Part shown: positions 1-8,503 of the stretch, piece by piece
Layout of the letters: each line of letters starts with the position of its first letter
Position numbering within the stretch: position 1 is the first letter of the stretch
Assembly: GCA_963771175.1 (NCBI GenBank)
Contig: CAVYSY010000026.1
Location: forward strand, 192,001 to 256,000
DNA length: 64,000 nt
Direction: 5' to 3'
From: an uncultured delta proteobacterium
GTDB taxonomy: Bacteria > Myxococcota > Myxococcia > Myxococcales > Myxococcaceae
Program-made: the position numbers and the translations under genes
The notes under the pieces: model-generated
The model's database searches: none
What the model was told of the DNA's origin: nothing
What the model saw: only the letters and a program-made list of their open reading frames with translations

Positions 1-106
1 GCCCTGGGCCTGTGAGCACCCTGAGCTGAAGTAGGGCTGAGGAGATTCATTCCCCCGGCCAGTAGAGGCCCACCACTGGGTGCTCAGCTCAAAACGGGGC
101 CATGCG

Positions 107-361
107 CGTCATCATCGGCAGGGCATCACGCCAGGATCTCGATTCCGACCAGGACTCCATCCTGGTCGAAGTCGAGCACCACATCGGGGCCCGTGTAGGA
201 ACCCAGGAGTTCGGCCAGCCTGATCGACTTCGACATCTTGCAGGTCTCACCGGGGTGACTCGGGAGGCGCAAATAGGCCACGTCCTGATCGTCCTCGGAG
301 ACTCGCAGCTCGAAGCGCCCGAGCGTCTTCTTTGAATCCGTCTGCCCCATTACGGCCTCCA
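107..361. repeat. Direct repeat A, copy 1 (copy 2 at 8900-9154)
   Basis: Near-identical sequence at constant offset 8793; covers DUF2283 and the last bases of toxin 1. Confidence 0.9.
126..350 (-). CDS. DUF2283-family protein, probable immunity protein of the upstream toxin
   Basis: DVAYLRL...VVLDFDQDGVLVGIEIL motif; ATG overlaps the toxin stop (TAATG) and follows a GGAGG RBS. Confidence 0.8.
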   Translation of the reverse strand: MGQTDSKKTLGRFELRVSEDDQDVAYLRLPSHPGETCKMSKSIRLAELLGSYTGPDVVLDFDQDGVLVGIEILA

Positions 362-1666
362 CTGCAAAACGGTCTTCAGCTTCAATACACCATCCCTGAG
401 CTGATAGACGACCGCACCACCTCGGCCAAAGCCAGGAACGATGACGCGGTCCGCGTGGGCCGTGTCCCGAATGGTTCCGGGCGGAAGCCCCGACTTCTCG
501 ATCTGTCGGCCGAACTCCTGCAAGGCCGCGCGAGCATCCTGCACGCTTGAGAAACCAGCCCGTTCAACCGCACGTTCCGCCGCGTGCGGCATGTTGCTGT
601 TGACCACCTTGTCAACGTGGATATCCGACGCGCCTCCTGTCAGCTCGCCCGTGACATGACCGTTGCCTCGGCCATCTCCGGCCGACATCGCGACCGCATT
701 GGGGGCAAGGGTGATGGTGACGGCCTCGGCACTCACGGCAACCGTCTCTATCTCCCCCACTGCCGCGAGGCGGAGGCCCACCTGCGTCTCCGCCTGCGCC
801 GCCGCCTGCATCGCACCGGGCAGCGTCGGCACCTTCGCCGCCAACCCCGTCGCCGTGTTGCCGAGCGCCACCGTGGCCAGCATGGCGAACGCACGCGCTG
901 CGTTGCGGCCCATGACCTTCCCGTACCGCTCCCCGGCCTCGCGCAGCTCATTGAACGTGGTGGCCCGATCCGCCGCGTCCATCAGCCGCTTGAAGCCCAC
1001 GACGAGGCCCCAGAAGGTGTCGACGCCCACGTAGGAGATGAGGGTAGCGGTCATCACCGCCGCGAGACCCTTCGAGACCGTCACGTCGGGAATCGAGATG
1101 AGGAGCATGTACGTGGTCCAGGTCCAGAGCACCGCCGCCACCATGGCGTGGGGGTCGGCCATGTCCTTGAACGCCTCCAGCATCTCGTCGAGCACGGCGC
1201 CCTTGGCGAGGGCCAGGGCCAGCGCGAAACGGCCGTCCCCGTTGACGATGGAGCTCTCCGTCAGCAGGCGGAGACAGTCTCCGGGCCTGCCGGTGCGCTC
1301 GCACCAGCGCAGATAGTCGCGCGTCAACTCCACCTCCGCCGCCGATGGTGCCCCCTCCAGATGTTCGTCCGGCCCGAGCGGAGTGACGCGGCGGCTGCGT
1401 GTCTCGTACGTGTACGAACCACTCCGCGCCTCGACCTCGAACAACTTCCGGGCGGCCTCCTGGGGCCGAGCGGAGGGCCGAACCTCCCAGGCACGCTTCG
1501 CCACGGCCTCCTTGAACTCGTCGCCGTTCAACCTCACCGGCTCGGCACCGGAGCGTGGGGTGAAAACGAGAGTGTCGGCCTGGCCCGTGTCCAGGCGCAC
1601 GACCCGAGAAGCGGTAGCACACCCGGCGAGGAGCACCAGCAGCGCCGCCGTCCAGCCCAGCTTCAT
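350..1666 (-). CDS. sitA5: SitA5-like lipoprotein polymorphic toxin, copy 1, with putative RNase C-terminal domain
   Basis: Lipobox LLAGC followed by SRVVRLDTG; YLRWC...GDCL motif; VAMSA junction; C-terminal HAAERAVER...LKTVL; small coupled gene downstream. Confidence 0.75.
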   Translation of the reverse strand: MKLGWTAALLVLLAGCATASRVVRLDTGQADTLVFTPRSGAEPVRLNGDEFKEAVAKRAWEVRPSARPQEAARKLFEVEARSGSYTYETRSRRVTPLGPDEHLEGAPSAAEVELTRDYLRWCERTGRPGDCLRLLTESSIVNGDGRFALALALAKGAVLDEMLEAFKDMADPHAMVAAVLWTWTTYMLLISIPDVTVSKGLAAVMTATLISYVGVDTFWGLVVGFKRLMDAADRATTFNELREAGERYGKVMGRNAARAFAMLATVALGNTATGLAAKVPTLPGAMQAAAQAETQVGLRLAAVGEIETVAVSAEAVTITLAPNAVAMSAGDGRGNGHVTGELTGGASDIHVDKVVNSNMPHAAERAVERAGFSSVQDARAALQEFGRQIEKSGLPPGTIRDTAHADRVIVPGFGRGGAVVYQLRDGVLKLKTVLQWRP

Positions 1667-2172
1667 GGGAATTCCCCCTGATGATGGCCACCCCCTGATG
1701 GGTAGCCAGTCCAACTGTGTACCCTATTGGTCTGACAACTCCCGGTGTTCGCCGCTCTCGGCGGCGTCATTCGAGGGGCTCATCAAGAGCGCCCGTGCTT
1801 CGGCATAAGGACCTTGGCGGTCATCCCCGCTGACGTCCTGGCTGGTCGGCCAGTGCGTCTTCATCCAATCCACCCGAGGAGGAATGCAGATGGAACACGT
1901 CAGCCTCTCCGCTGAGCTGGGGGAAATTCGTTACGCCATCGAGGGCGCCCACTGGATCGCGGACAGCGTCGCCATGGGCGCGGTGCCCGACCCGGATCGG
2001 GTGCACAGCGCGCCCGTCATCATCAGCGCCATCCTGCTGCTGGTGGAGACCAGGCTGCATCAGCTCGGCCGTGTGCTCCGAGGCGAGGAGAACCCGGCGC
2101 ACCTGTTGACGCCGCACAACGTCACCGCCGGGGAGAACGCGGACAGGGATGACGTGGTTCTGCGGCCTTGGG
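681..2172. repeat. Direct repeat B, copy 1 (copy 2 at ~9914-11405)
   Basis: Near-identical toxin N-terminus, intergenic region and divergent ORF at offset ~9233. Confidence 0.9.
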
Positions 2173-2238
2173 ACTGGAGCGCCGCGCCGAGGCCGTCTCC
2201 GTCCGAGAAGAAGGAGACCGAGCAGCCCCGTCCAGTAG
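1890..2238 (+). CDS. Hypothetical protein divergent from the toxin; 3' end uncertain
   Basis: GAGGAGG RBS; MEHVSLSAELGEIRY... is conserved in copy 2 at 11124; the frame stays open to 2756, but an out-of-frame TAG at 2236 followed by a hairpin suggests an earlier true end. Confidence 0.55.
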
Positions 2239-2385
2239 CGGGAACCGAGTCCCCCGTCCGTTGGAGGAGAGCCCTCCCGCCCAGCCCGGCACGCAGGGGG
2301 CGCAACCGCCCCCCACCGGGGAGCCGGGCTGATCGGCTGCGGCCTGTATCGTGCCTGGAGTACCAGGGGAAGGGAGGTGAAGACG

Positions 2386-2499
2386 ATGCTGGGTGCCGTG
2401 AAGAAGCTGGCCGCCTCACCAATCACCCTCCGGGTGGCAGCGGCCATTTTGATCGGACTGGCCGAGCACCTGCGCGAGGTGACGCGGCACGGGCGGTGA
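2386..2499 (+). CDS. 37-aa small hydrophobic peptide, candidate type I toxin
   Basis: Strong SD GGGAGGTGA; MLGAVKKLAASPITLRVAAAILIGLAEHLREVTRHGR; below the ORF-track length cut-off. Confidence 0.5.
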   Translation: MLGAVKKLAASPITLRVAAAILIGLAEHLREVTRHGR

Positions 2500-2519
2500 A
2501 GATGCCCGGAGTTGAAGCA

Positions 2520-2676
2520 CGGTCCCCGTCGCACCAACACCAGCGTGATGCTCCCGGTCTTGGCCGGGTGGTGTGGCGGGGGCCGGTTCGTCTCCACGGG
2601 CTCCGATCCCGGTGGCACCAGCTCCGGTGCAGTTCCACCGCCGGAGGTCCCCGGTCACTTCTCCCGGTGGTCCTCC
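2520..2676 (+). ncRNA. Putative structured RNA or structured 3' UTR
   Basis: 17-bp stem 2520-2536/2569-2585 with three G-U pairs; inner hairpin 2553-2568; hairpin 2622-2646. Confidence 0.45.
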
Positions 2677-2985
2677 AGATTTTTAAGTATCAGGGGCGCC
2701 CTACCCCCTCGTGCGCGAGGAGCTGGAGGGCGAACACTGGGTACGGCCATCAGTAACCCCTGGGCGAAGATCGCCAGGGACCGCGTACCGGGGAGCAGCC
2801 CGCTGGAGAGTCCCCCCGAAAAATCTTGAGAGCCCCCATCCCCCCAGGGGCGCGAAGAAGACCAGGGGGCTTACAGGTGGACCTGCGACAAGGGAACCCC
2901 AGTCCCCCCATCCCCGGGGGTGCTCACCCAGGTTGGATAGGGCTACCGATTAGCGAGTCAGGGCGAAGAGGGCCCGGGAGAGGCG

Positions 2986-3872
2986 TCAAAACGAACCCGA
3001 GGGCGTCACTTCACGAGCCGCAGGCGTCACGCGCAGCTCCTTGGCCTCGGCCGGGTTCTCGGCCTTCACGGTGGCCACCTGGGCGCGGAGCTGGTCGAGG
3101 AGCCCGAGCTGCCGCTGCATGGCGGTCTCCAGCAGCTTGCGGTGGCGCTCCAGCTTCCGCAGGTCCGCGTCTTCCAGCAGCAGCACCTCGGCGGCCAGCC
3201 GTTCGCGCACCGGCGCGAGCGCGCCCTCGTCCTCGGCCAGCTTCGCGGAGAGGGCGCCCTTCACACCTGGGCCGCGTTTCCCAGGTCTCGGTAGACGGCC
3301 GGGGGGATGCGCTCCGTCCTTGAGTTCTCCTGGGCATGTGTTGAGCGCGAAGGCCAGGGGCTCCACCACGACCATCGGCAGGCCCGGCACCTCGCGCAGC
3401 ACGGTCACGGTCTTCTCCACGCCGGTGAGGAAGGCGTCGGTCTGCTCCGCGTCCTTCGGCGGTGGGGAGGCATCCACGAACTCGACGAAGGCGCTCACCG
3501 CCAGCGCCCGGCGGGTGAGGTCGTAGGTCTTGAACTCGTCCGTCTTCTCCAGCTCCTCCTCCAGCCGGGCCCGGATCCGGCCGTTCTCCACCCGGCTCAG
3601 CCGCTCCAGCTTCCAGGCCGTGTCCGCGAGCTGCGCCACGATGGTGGCCTCGGGCAGGGTGGTGGGCGAAGCTGGAGAACCACGAGTCCACGTGCGCCTC
3701 GTACTCGGCGGCATCCTCTCCGGGAAGGAGCAGATGCGTGGCGCTCAACCCGTGGCGGAGGGAATTGAGCGAGGATGTAACCTTCCCCTCGGGGGTCTTC
3801 GGGCCGTTCGAGCGGGCCCCATTGAGCGCGCTGGTGAGCGGCCTGTCGGGCGGAGCGGACGGAGGGGTTCAT
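2986..3872 (-). pseudogene. MGE-associated protein with GPKTPEGK...NSLRHGL motif, frameshifted
   Basis: Joining frames gives ARSNGPKTPEGKVTSSLNSLRHGLSATHLLLPGEDAAEY...EATIVAQLADTAWKLERL. Confidence 0.55.
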
Positions 3873-4072
3873 ACGGGAATTCTCCGGTCTGGCTCGCACA
3901 CTCGTGGGAAGAGGAACGTATAGCCTCAGACGCGGATGGCCCCATGACGGTGCTACTGCACCAATGAGGAAGGCGAGCGAGGGCTGGGCTCCCTGCTCGT
4001 CACTTCCATTGGGCACAGAGAGCCAATCCGACGCCTCTTCGGATTAAGGGTCGAGGGGTCTATCCGGCTCTT

Positions 4073-4493
4073 TGTATGTTGTAAATCCAGGGTCTCTTCT
4101 GGAGCGAGGCCAGGACTAGTTCTTCAAGGGCTTCGTTCCGAAGAACTCCTGGTATCTTGTAGTTTCTGCTCCCTCTCCGAAATCGAGAGAAAGGACCTTC
4201 AGTCCTTTCTCTCTTTCTCTATTCTCCTTATATGATGCAATTACAAGATATAAAGAGATTGAAGAATGAATGAACGAGGACTTGGAATAGAGTCCTCGTT
4301 CTTGGACGAAAGAGAGTAGGGGAATTACAAGATACAATGGCTGCTTGAACCCCTCGCCCTTGAATCCACCGAGGCATTTGGAGGGGTGAAGAAGGCACCT
4401 GGATTACAACATTCAAGATGTTCCCGGAGAGGCGCCCTTGATCTCCACCAAGACCTCGCCGGAAGAAGAAGACGCCCGGAATTACAAGATGCA
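4073..4493. repeat. Array of six 16-bp repeats (consensus GGAATTACAAGATACA), candidate replication origin
   Basis: Copies start at 4073(-), 4151(-), 4237(+), 4321(+), 4400(+), 4478(+); spacings 78/86/84/79/78; AT-rich centre at the orientation switch. Confidence 0.75.
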
Positions 4494-4504
4494 AAGAGTC
4501 CGAG

Positions 4505-5552
4505 TTAGCTGGTGCGTACGGGCTTCTTGTTCCTGAGTTGGAGCCCATAGGCGTCCCTAGCCGCGTCCTCCTCGGTGTACCGACCCGTATCCGGCACCCA
4601 CCTCAACTTGTAAGTGGCTGCCCTCGTGCCAGCCGAGTGGCCCTCGTACAGCTCGAAGACGTGGGAGCCGAAGAATTTCCGTAAGAACTCTGGAGTGCCC
4701 GGAGGCTCCAAGGATGGCCTCTTCGTTCGTTCCGGCGCCGCGCAGCCAATCCGATCTCCACCGAACCAAGTAGCCCTGGGCCTGAGCATTCCATTGCATG
4801 TAGGCGGCCATTCGTTGGAGGCACCTGAAGAGATAGAAGGCGACTATGGGGCCATGCGTCTGGCTTACCCGATGGACCCACTCCATGCTGCTGGGCCCCA
4901 TCTTGGCGAATAGAACTTCGGGATGCTCGTTGAGTAGGTTATTCCTGAAGCCGGCGAGCTGTCCCCTGAGCCCTCGAAGGGTATTACCATCCGTGACGCC
5001 GCTCGCTTGAGCCCATACCTGGAGGAAACTGAAATAATCAGGCACTCCATCTTCGGGGTGGTACTCGACCGCCTTACGTAGCCTCTCGCTTCGCATCAGC
5101 ACCCCGGCCGAGAGATAGAACGGCTTTCCTTTCGGCCATGGAGGACTCCCCAGATGACGAGGGTATCCTCTTCGTTGATACTCGGAGGGGTGGCCCCCTC
5201 GGCAGCTTCGACCAGGTTCGTTCGGAGCTTGTAGAGCGGGGTGCCCCTGCATGGATGCCGAGTGGCTGGGCCATCAACCAGTTCCACTCCGCGTCACCCA
5301 CCTGTCGAGTGAGCCCGAACCGGGTGATGACGCCTCCTGCCAGTACGTGGAGGGGGCGTAGCGACAGGCCAGCACCGAGCTCCTGCACGCTCATCACTCC
5401 TTGGAGCCTTAGGTCCACGTCACCCAGGAACGGAAAGACGTCCAGCACGCTCCCGGTGGGGAGCGGAGTCCTGGGAGGCAGTCACGCTGGTAGTAGGGGA
5501 TTTTCTTGCGTCGGCTGACGCTGGGGATGTCGCATGTCTGTACGTCGCTCAT
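4505..5552 (-). pseudogene. Candidate replication/initiator protein, frameshifted
   Basis: Four overlapping ORF segments from MSDVQT...; C-terminal EGHSAGTRAATYKL resembles a wHTH wing; ends directly beside the repeat array. Confidence 0.4.
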
Positions 5553-5744
5553 GGCTCTGCTCCTTCTTGTGCACGCTGCAACGGGAGCTGGTGGCCCTGC
5601 CCGTGCACTTCTCAATGAATCAACCCGGCGAGCAGGACAGGCACTAATCCAAGGTTGCTCTGCCGTGGACCGTCCTGCCTGACGGGCCCTCGGTAGTGGG
5701 GTCCAGCGGGCCGTCCTAGTGTTTCCCTGTTGAGGAGATGAGCG

Positions 5745-6448
5745 ATGGCGAAGCTCACGGATGAATCGACCATGGAGTCCCTGCCACCAGCCGGGAGCCT
5801 GGAGCCTCCGGGAGGGGAGCCCGGGACGGGCAGCGAGCGTCCCAAACCCCTTCCCCCCATTCCCCTCGGGTACTCGTGCGCGCCACCGCCACCGCCGCTT
5901 CCGGAGTACCTCCGTCCTCCGCTTCCCGTGAGGCGGGGGCGTCCCGATGGATGGGTGTGCAGACGATGCACGGAGTGGTGGGAGTGGCACCCGTACCGGC
6001 CTCCGACAGAGCAGGAACTCGACACGCCCTGCGTTGAATGCCGCAAGGCGATGGAGCCCGAGGAGCGCGCGGTGGAGGTGAACCGGCACCTGCTGGCGAG
6101 GCTCAGCGCGGGATTGGGCTGCCTGGCCCTGCCGACGCCCACTATGTCTCCGGTCCCAGGCCGGCGGCAGCGCACAGACCAGCTGCCGAGCTGTTGTCGA
6201 AGAAGTCGGCTGCGCGTCTCCTGGGCGTGGACCGGGCAACGACCTTGGAGGAGTGGATTGCCACTGGCCGTATCAAGGTGGTGGACCTCGACGGCCGAGT
6301 CCGCATCCCACTGGCGGAGGTCGAGCGCATCTTGAACGAGGGCATCCCGGCTCAAGAGGTGCGCTCCAAGCCCCATCGCTCAGCGAGAGCGGCTGCGTCT
6401 GTGCCATCCGAATCTCCAGGGAATGCGATTCGAAAGTTGAAGGTCTAG
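5745..6448 (+). CDS. Excisionase-like HTH protein with an N-terminal CxxC..CxxC region (frameshift ~6177)
   Basis: LLSKKSAARLLGVDRATTLEEWIATGRIKVVDLDGRVRIPLAEVER is HTH_17-like; CRRC and CVEC lie upstream. Confidence 0.65.
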
Positions 6449-6497
6449 AGTGAGTTATACGCGATCTTCTGGCTACTATCGGTCGATGGGGAGGCTA

Positions 6498-7442
6498 ATG
6501 AGTTCCGACATGAAGGCGGTCTCAATTATTCAGAACGCTCTACCAGGGCTGGAGATTGAACTTCAGCGGGTGCACGAAGCACTACACGAGGTGGAAGAGT
6601 ACGAGTTCAACCGCATTCACGGGAGAGAGCTCGGTCTCATCCAGAAGAAGACTTGGCTAGAGAGATCTTCACGTCCAGAATGAAAAGGCTCTCGCGGCTT
6701 GTGCTCATATGCCTTGATGCTGCTGGCATGGTGGCGACGCGCGATGACTTCCGGGAAACATGGGCCAAATTCACCCTAACGGAAACCGAGTACGTCCACG
6801 AACTCGATGTGCTGCATAGCGAGCCATCCATCTACCTGGGAGACATGATTGACGGCCTACGCCTCATCGCAACTAGAGGCGAAAGCCCAACCGAAAAGGT
6901 GGATCTTCAGCGACTTCAGGATATGCTGCAAGCAACGCCCACGCTAATGCACAGGAGGAATATCGTTCCCCAGCGGGAGCACGACATCCAGTTGGTTATG
7001 GCTGATTATCTGGAGGCATGTTTCCCACGAGAGTTCGTGCCCTCTCCAGGTGTCCCCGGCTTCATCAAGAACTTCAAAGCCGATGCCGGGGATACGGCAT
7101 CTCAAAGCAGCGGTGGAATTCAAGTTCGCCTCTACTCCCACCGAATTGAAGCAAGCAGTATCTGGAATCTTCGAGGACACAGCGGGGTACAAGGGATCCC
7201 TCGATTGGACCCGCTTCTACTCGGTTATTTATATGACTGAACCGTTCGAGTCGCCTGCTCGCTTCCACGCGGATATGAGCCGAGCGGGGGCTCTGAACTG
7301 GACCGTGATCCCGGTTAGTGGAGCGGGCGAAAAGCAGCGGAGGTTCCGGAAAGGGAAGGGTAAGGTAGAGCCAGTCGAGCCGAAGAAGGCCGAGCCAGTC
7401 GAGCAGAAGAAGGCCGAGCCAAGCGAGCCGAAGAAGGAGTAA
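6498..7442 (+). CDS. PD-(D/E)XK nuclease, DpnII/MboI-like REase domain (frameshifts ~6660 and ~7095)
   Basis: EHDIQLVMADYLEACF...FKADAGIRHLKAAVEFK...ED pattern; lower GC; C-terminal 24-bp tandem repeats (EPVEPKKA). Confidence 0.6.
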
Positions 7443-7557
7443 CTCACCGCTGTTAGGAAGCCGGTCATGGGCAAATTACGGGCAACCACCTCTCCCGTTT
7501 TCGACGGTTCCAACCCCCTCTCCAGGGGAGGAGTGGCGGTGCCCCCGGCCTTTTCAC

Positions 7558-7602
7558 GACTGTTAATCACTAGGTCCGAGGTTCGAGTCCTCGTCGGGGA
7601 GC
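7558..7602 (+). mobile_element. att site: 3' half of tRNA-Asn(GTT)
   Basis: Anticodon loop CTGTTAA, perfect T-arm CGAGG-TTCGAGT-CCTCG and acceptor 3' strand; no D-arm or 5' acceptor strand. Confidence 0.85.
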
Positions 7603-7604
7603 AC

Positions 7605-7644
7605 AAGAAGGGCGTCAGACGAAAGTCTGGCGCCCTTTTCTTTT
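7605..7644 (+). terminator. Intrinsic terminator after the tRNA fragment
   Basis: AAGGGCGTCAGAC-GAAA-GTCTGGCGCCCTT followed by TTCTTTT. Confidence 0.8.
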
Positions 7645-7689
7645 GCCCTCTCTGCCCCATCGGCACAACACGGGCAACCCCCTTCGAGC

Positions 7690-8308
7690 GCGGTCCTCAA
7701 GCGCGTCTACTCCTGGTTGCGCAAGGTGAAGCACGTCCTCTCGGTGGCCGAGGACCCGACCTTCGAGCGGCTCACCGTGCCCCAGGCCCGGCCCGAGCAG
7801 TGGAAGCGGACCAAGGTGATTCCCCGGGAGCACTACCTGCTCGCCCGCGAGCACCTCGCGCCTCACTGGCGCGACGGGATGGACGTGCAAGCGGGCACCG
7901 GCTGGCACGTCTCGGGAGCTGGTGCGCTTCGCCAGGATGGGCAGCGTGGAGCCATACCGGGGCGAGGCCGAGGGGATCGCGGGCGTGCTGGTGTGTCCGC
8001 AGACCAAGAGCGGCGAGCCCTTGCGCACTGCCGTGTCCGCCGAGGTGCAGGAGGCCGGGAAGCGGCTGCTGGAGCGCGGCTCGTTCAGCTTCGAGAAGTA
8101 CGGTCTGGCCATCAAGGGAGCCTGCAACGCGGCGGGCATCCCGGCCTTCACGCCGGGACGGTTCCGGCACTCCGTCGCCACCTGGGCCATCGAGAAGGGA
8201 GCGGACCCGGCTTCCGTGGCGGCCTTCCTCAACCACAAGAGCCCGACCACCACGCGGCGCTTCTATGCGACGCACGCTGTCCCGGTGAAGATCCCCACCC
8301 TGGCATAG
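7690..8308 (+). pseudogene. Tyrosine recombinase/integrase, N-terminally truncated, one frameshift ~7915
   Basis: GTGWHVSEL, TK, GRFRHSVATW, LNH and RRFY motifs; no start codon or N-terminal domain. Confidence 0.75.
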
Positions 8309-8503
8309 GACACCGAGAGCGACGGTTTCCTAACCCTTGAAGGGCCCCTCGGTCCTCGGGTGGAGCCGGGTAAACCCCCGAGATTACTGGACGCTGGCGT
8401 TCATCCACGTTCACCCGCGACCGACCGATTACGTACAGATTACGTACTGGTCGAACCGATTCCGGGACTTTCGTCCCGAGTCGTGGCAACCCAGGTTTCA
8501 GGG

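Noticed and set aside
13..86. TGAGCACCC/GGGTGCTCA inverted repeat, with another GGGTGCTCA near 2918
   Set aside because: Only 9 bp in GC-rich DNA at the window edge; cannot be assigned
2810..2930. CCCCCATCCCC duplicated; possible cos/pac site
   Set aside because: Low complexity, and no terminase is available to support it
4073..4493. CRISPR array
   Set aside because: Repeats are only 16 bp, degenerate and switch orientation; spacers are ~62-70 bp; no cas genes in the window
7530..7605. Intact tRNA-Asn gene
   Set aside because: The 5' acceptor strand and D-arm are missing; only the 3' half is present
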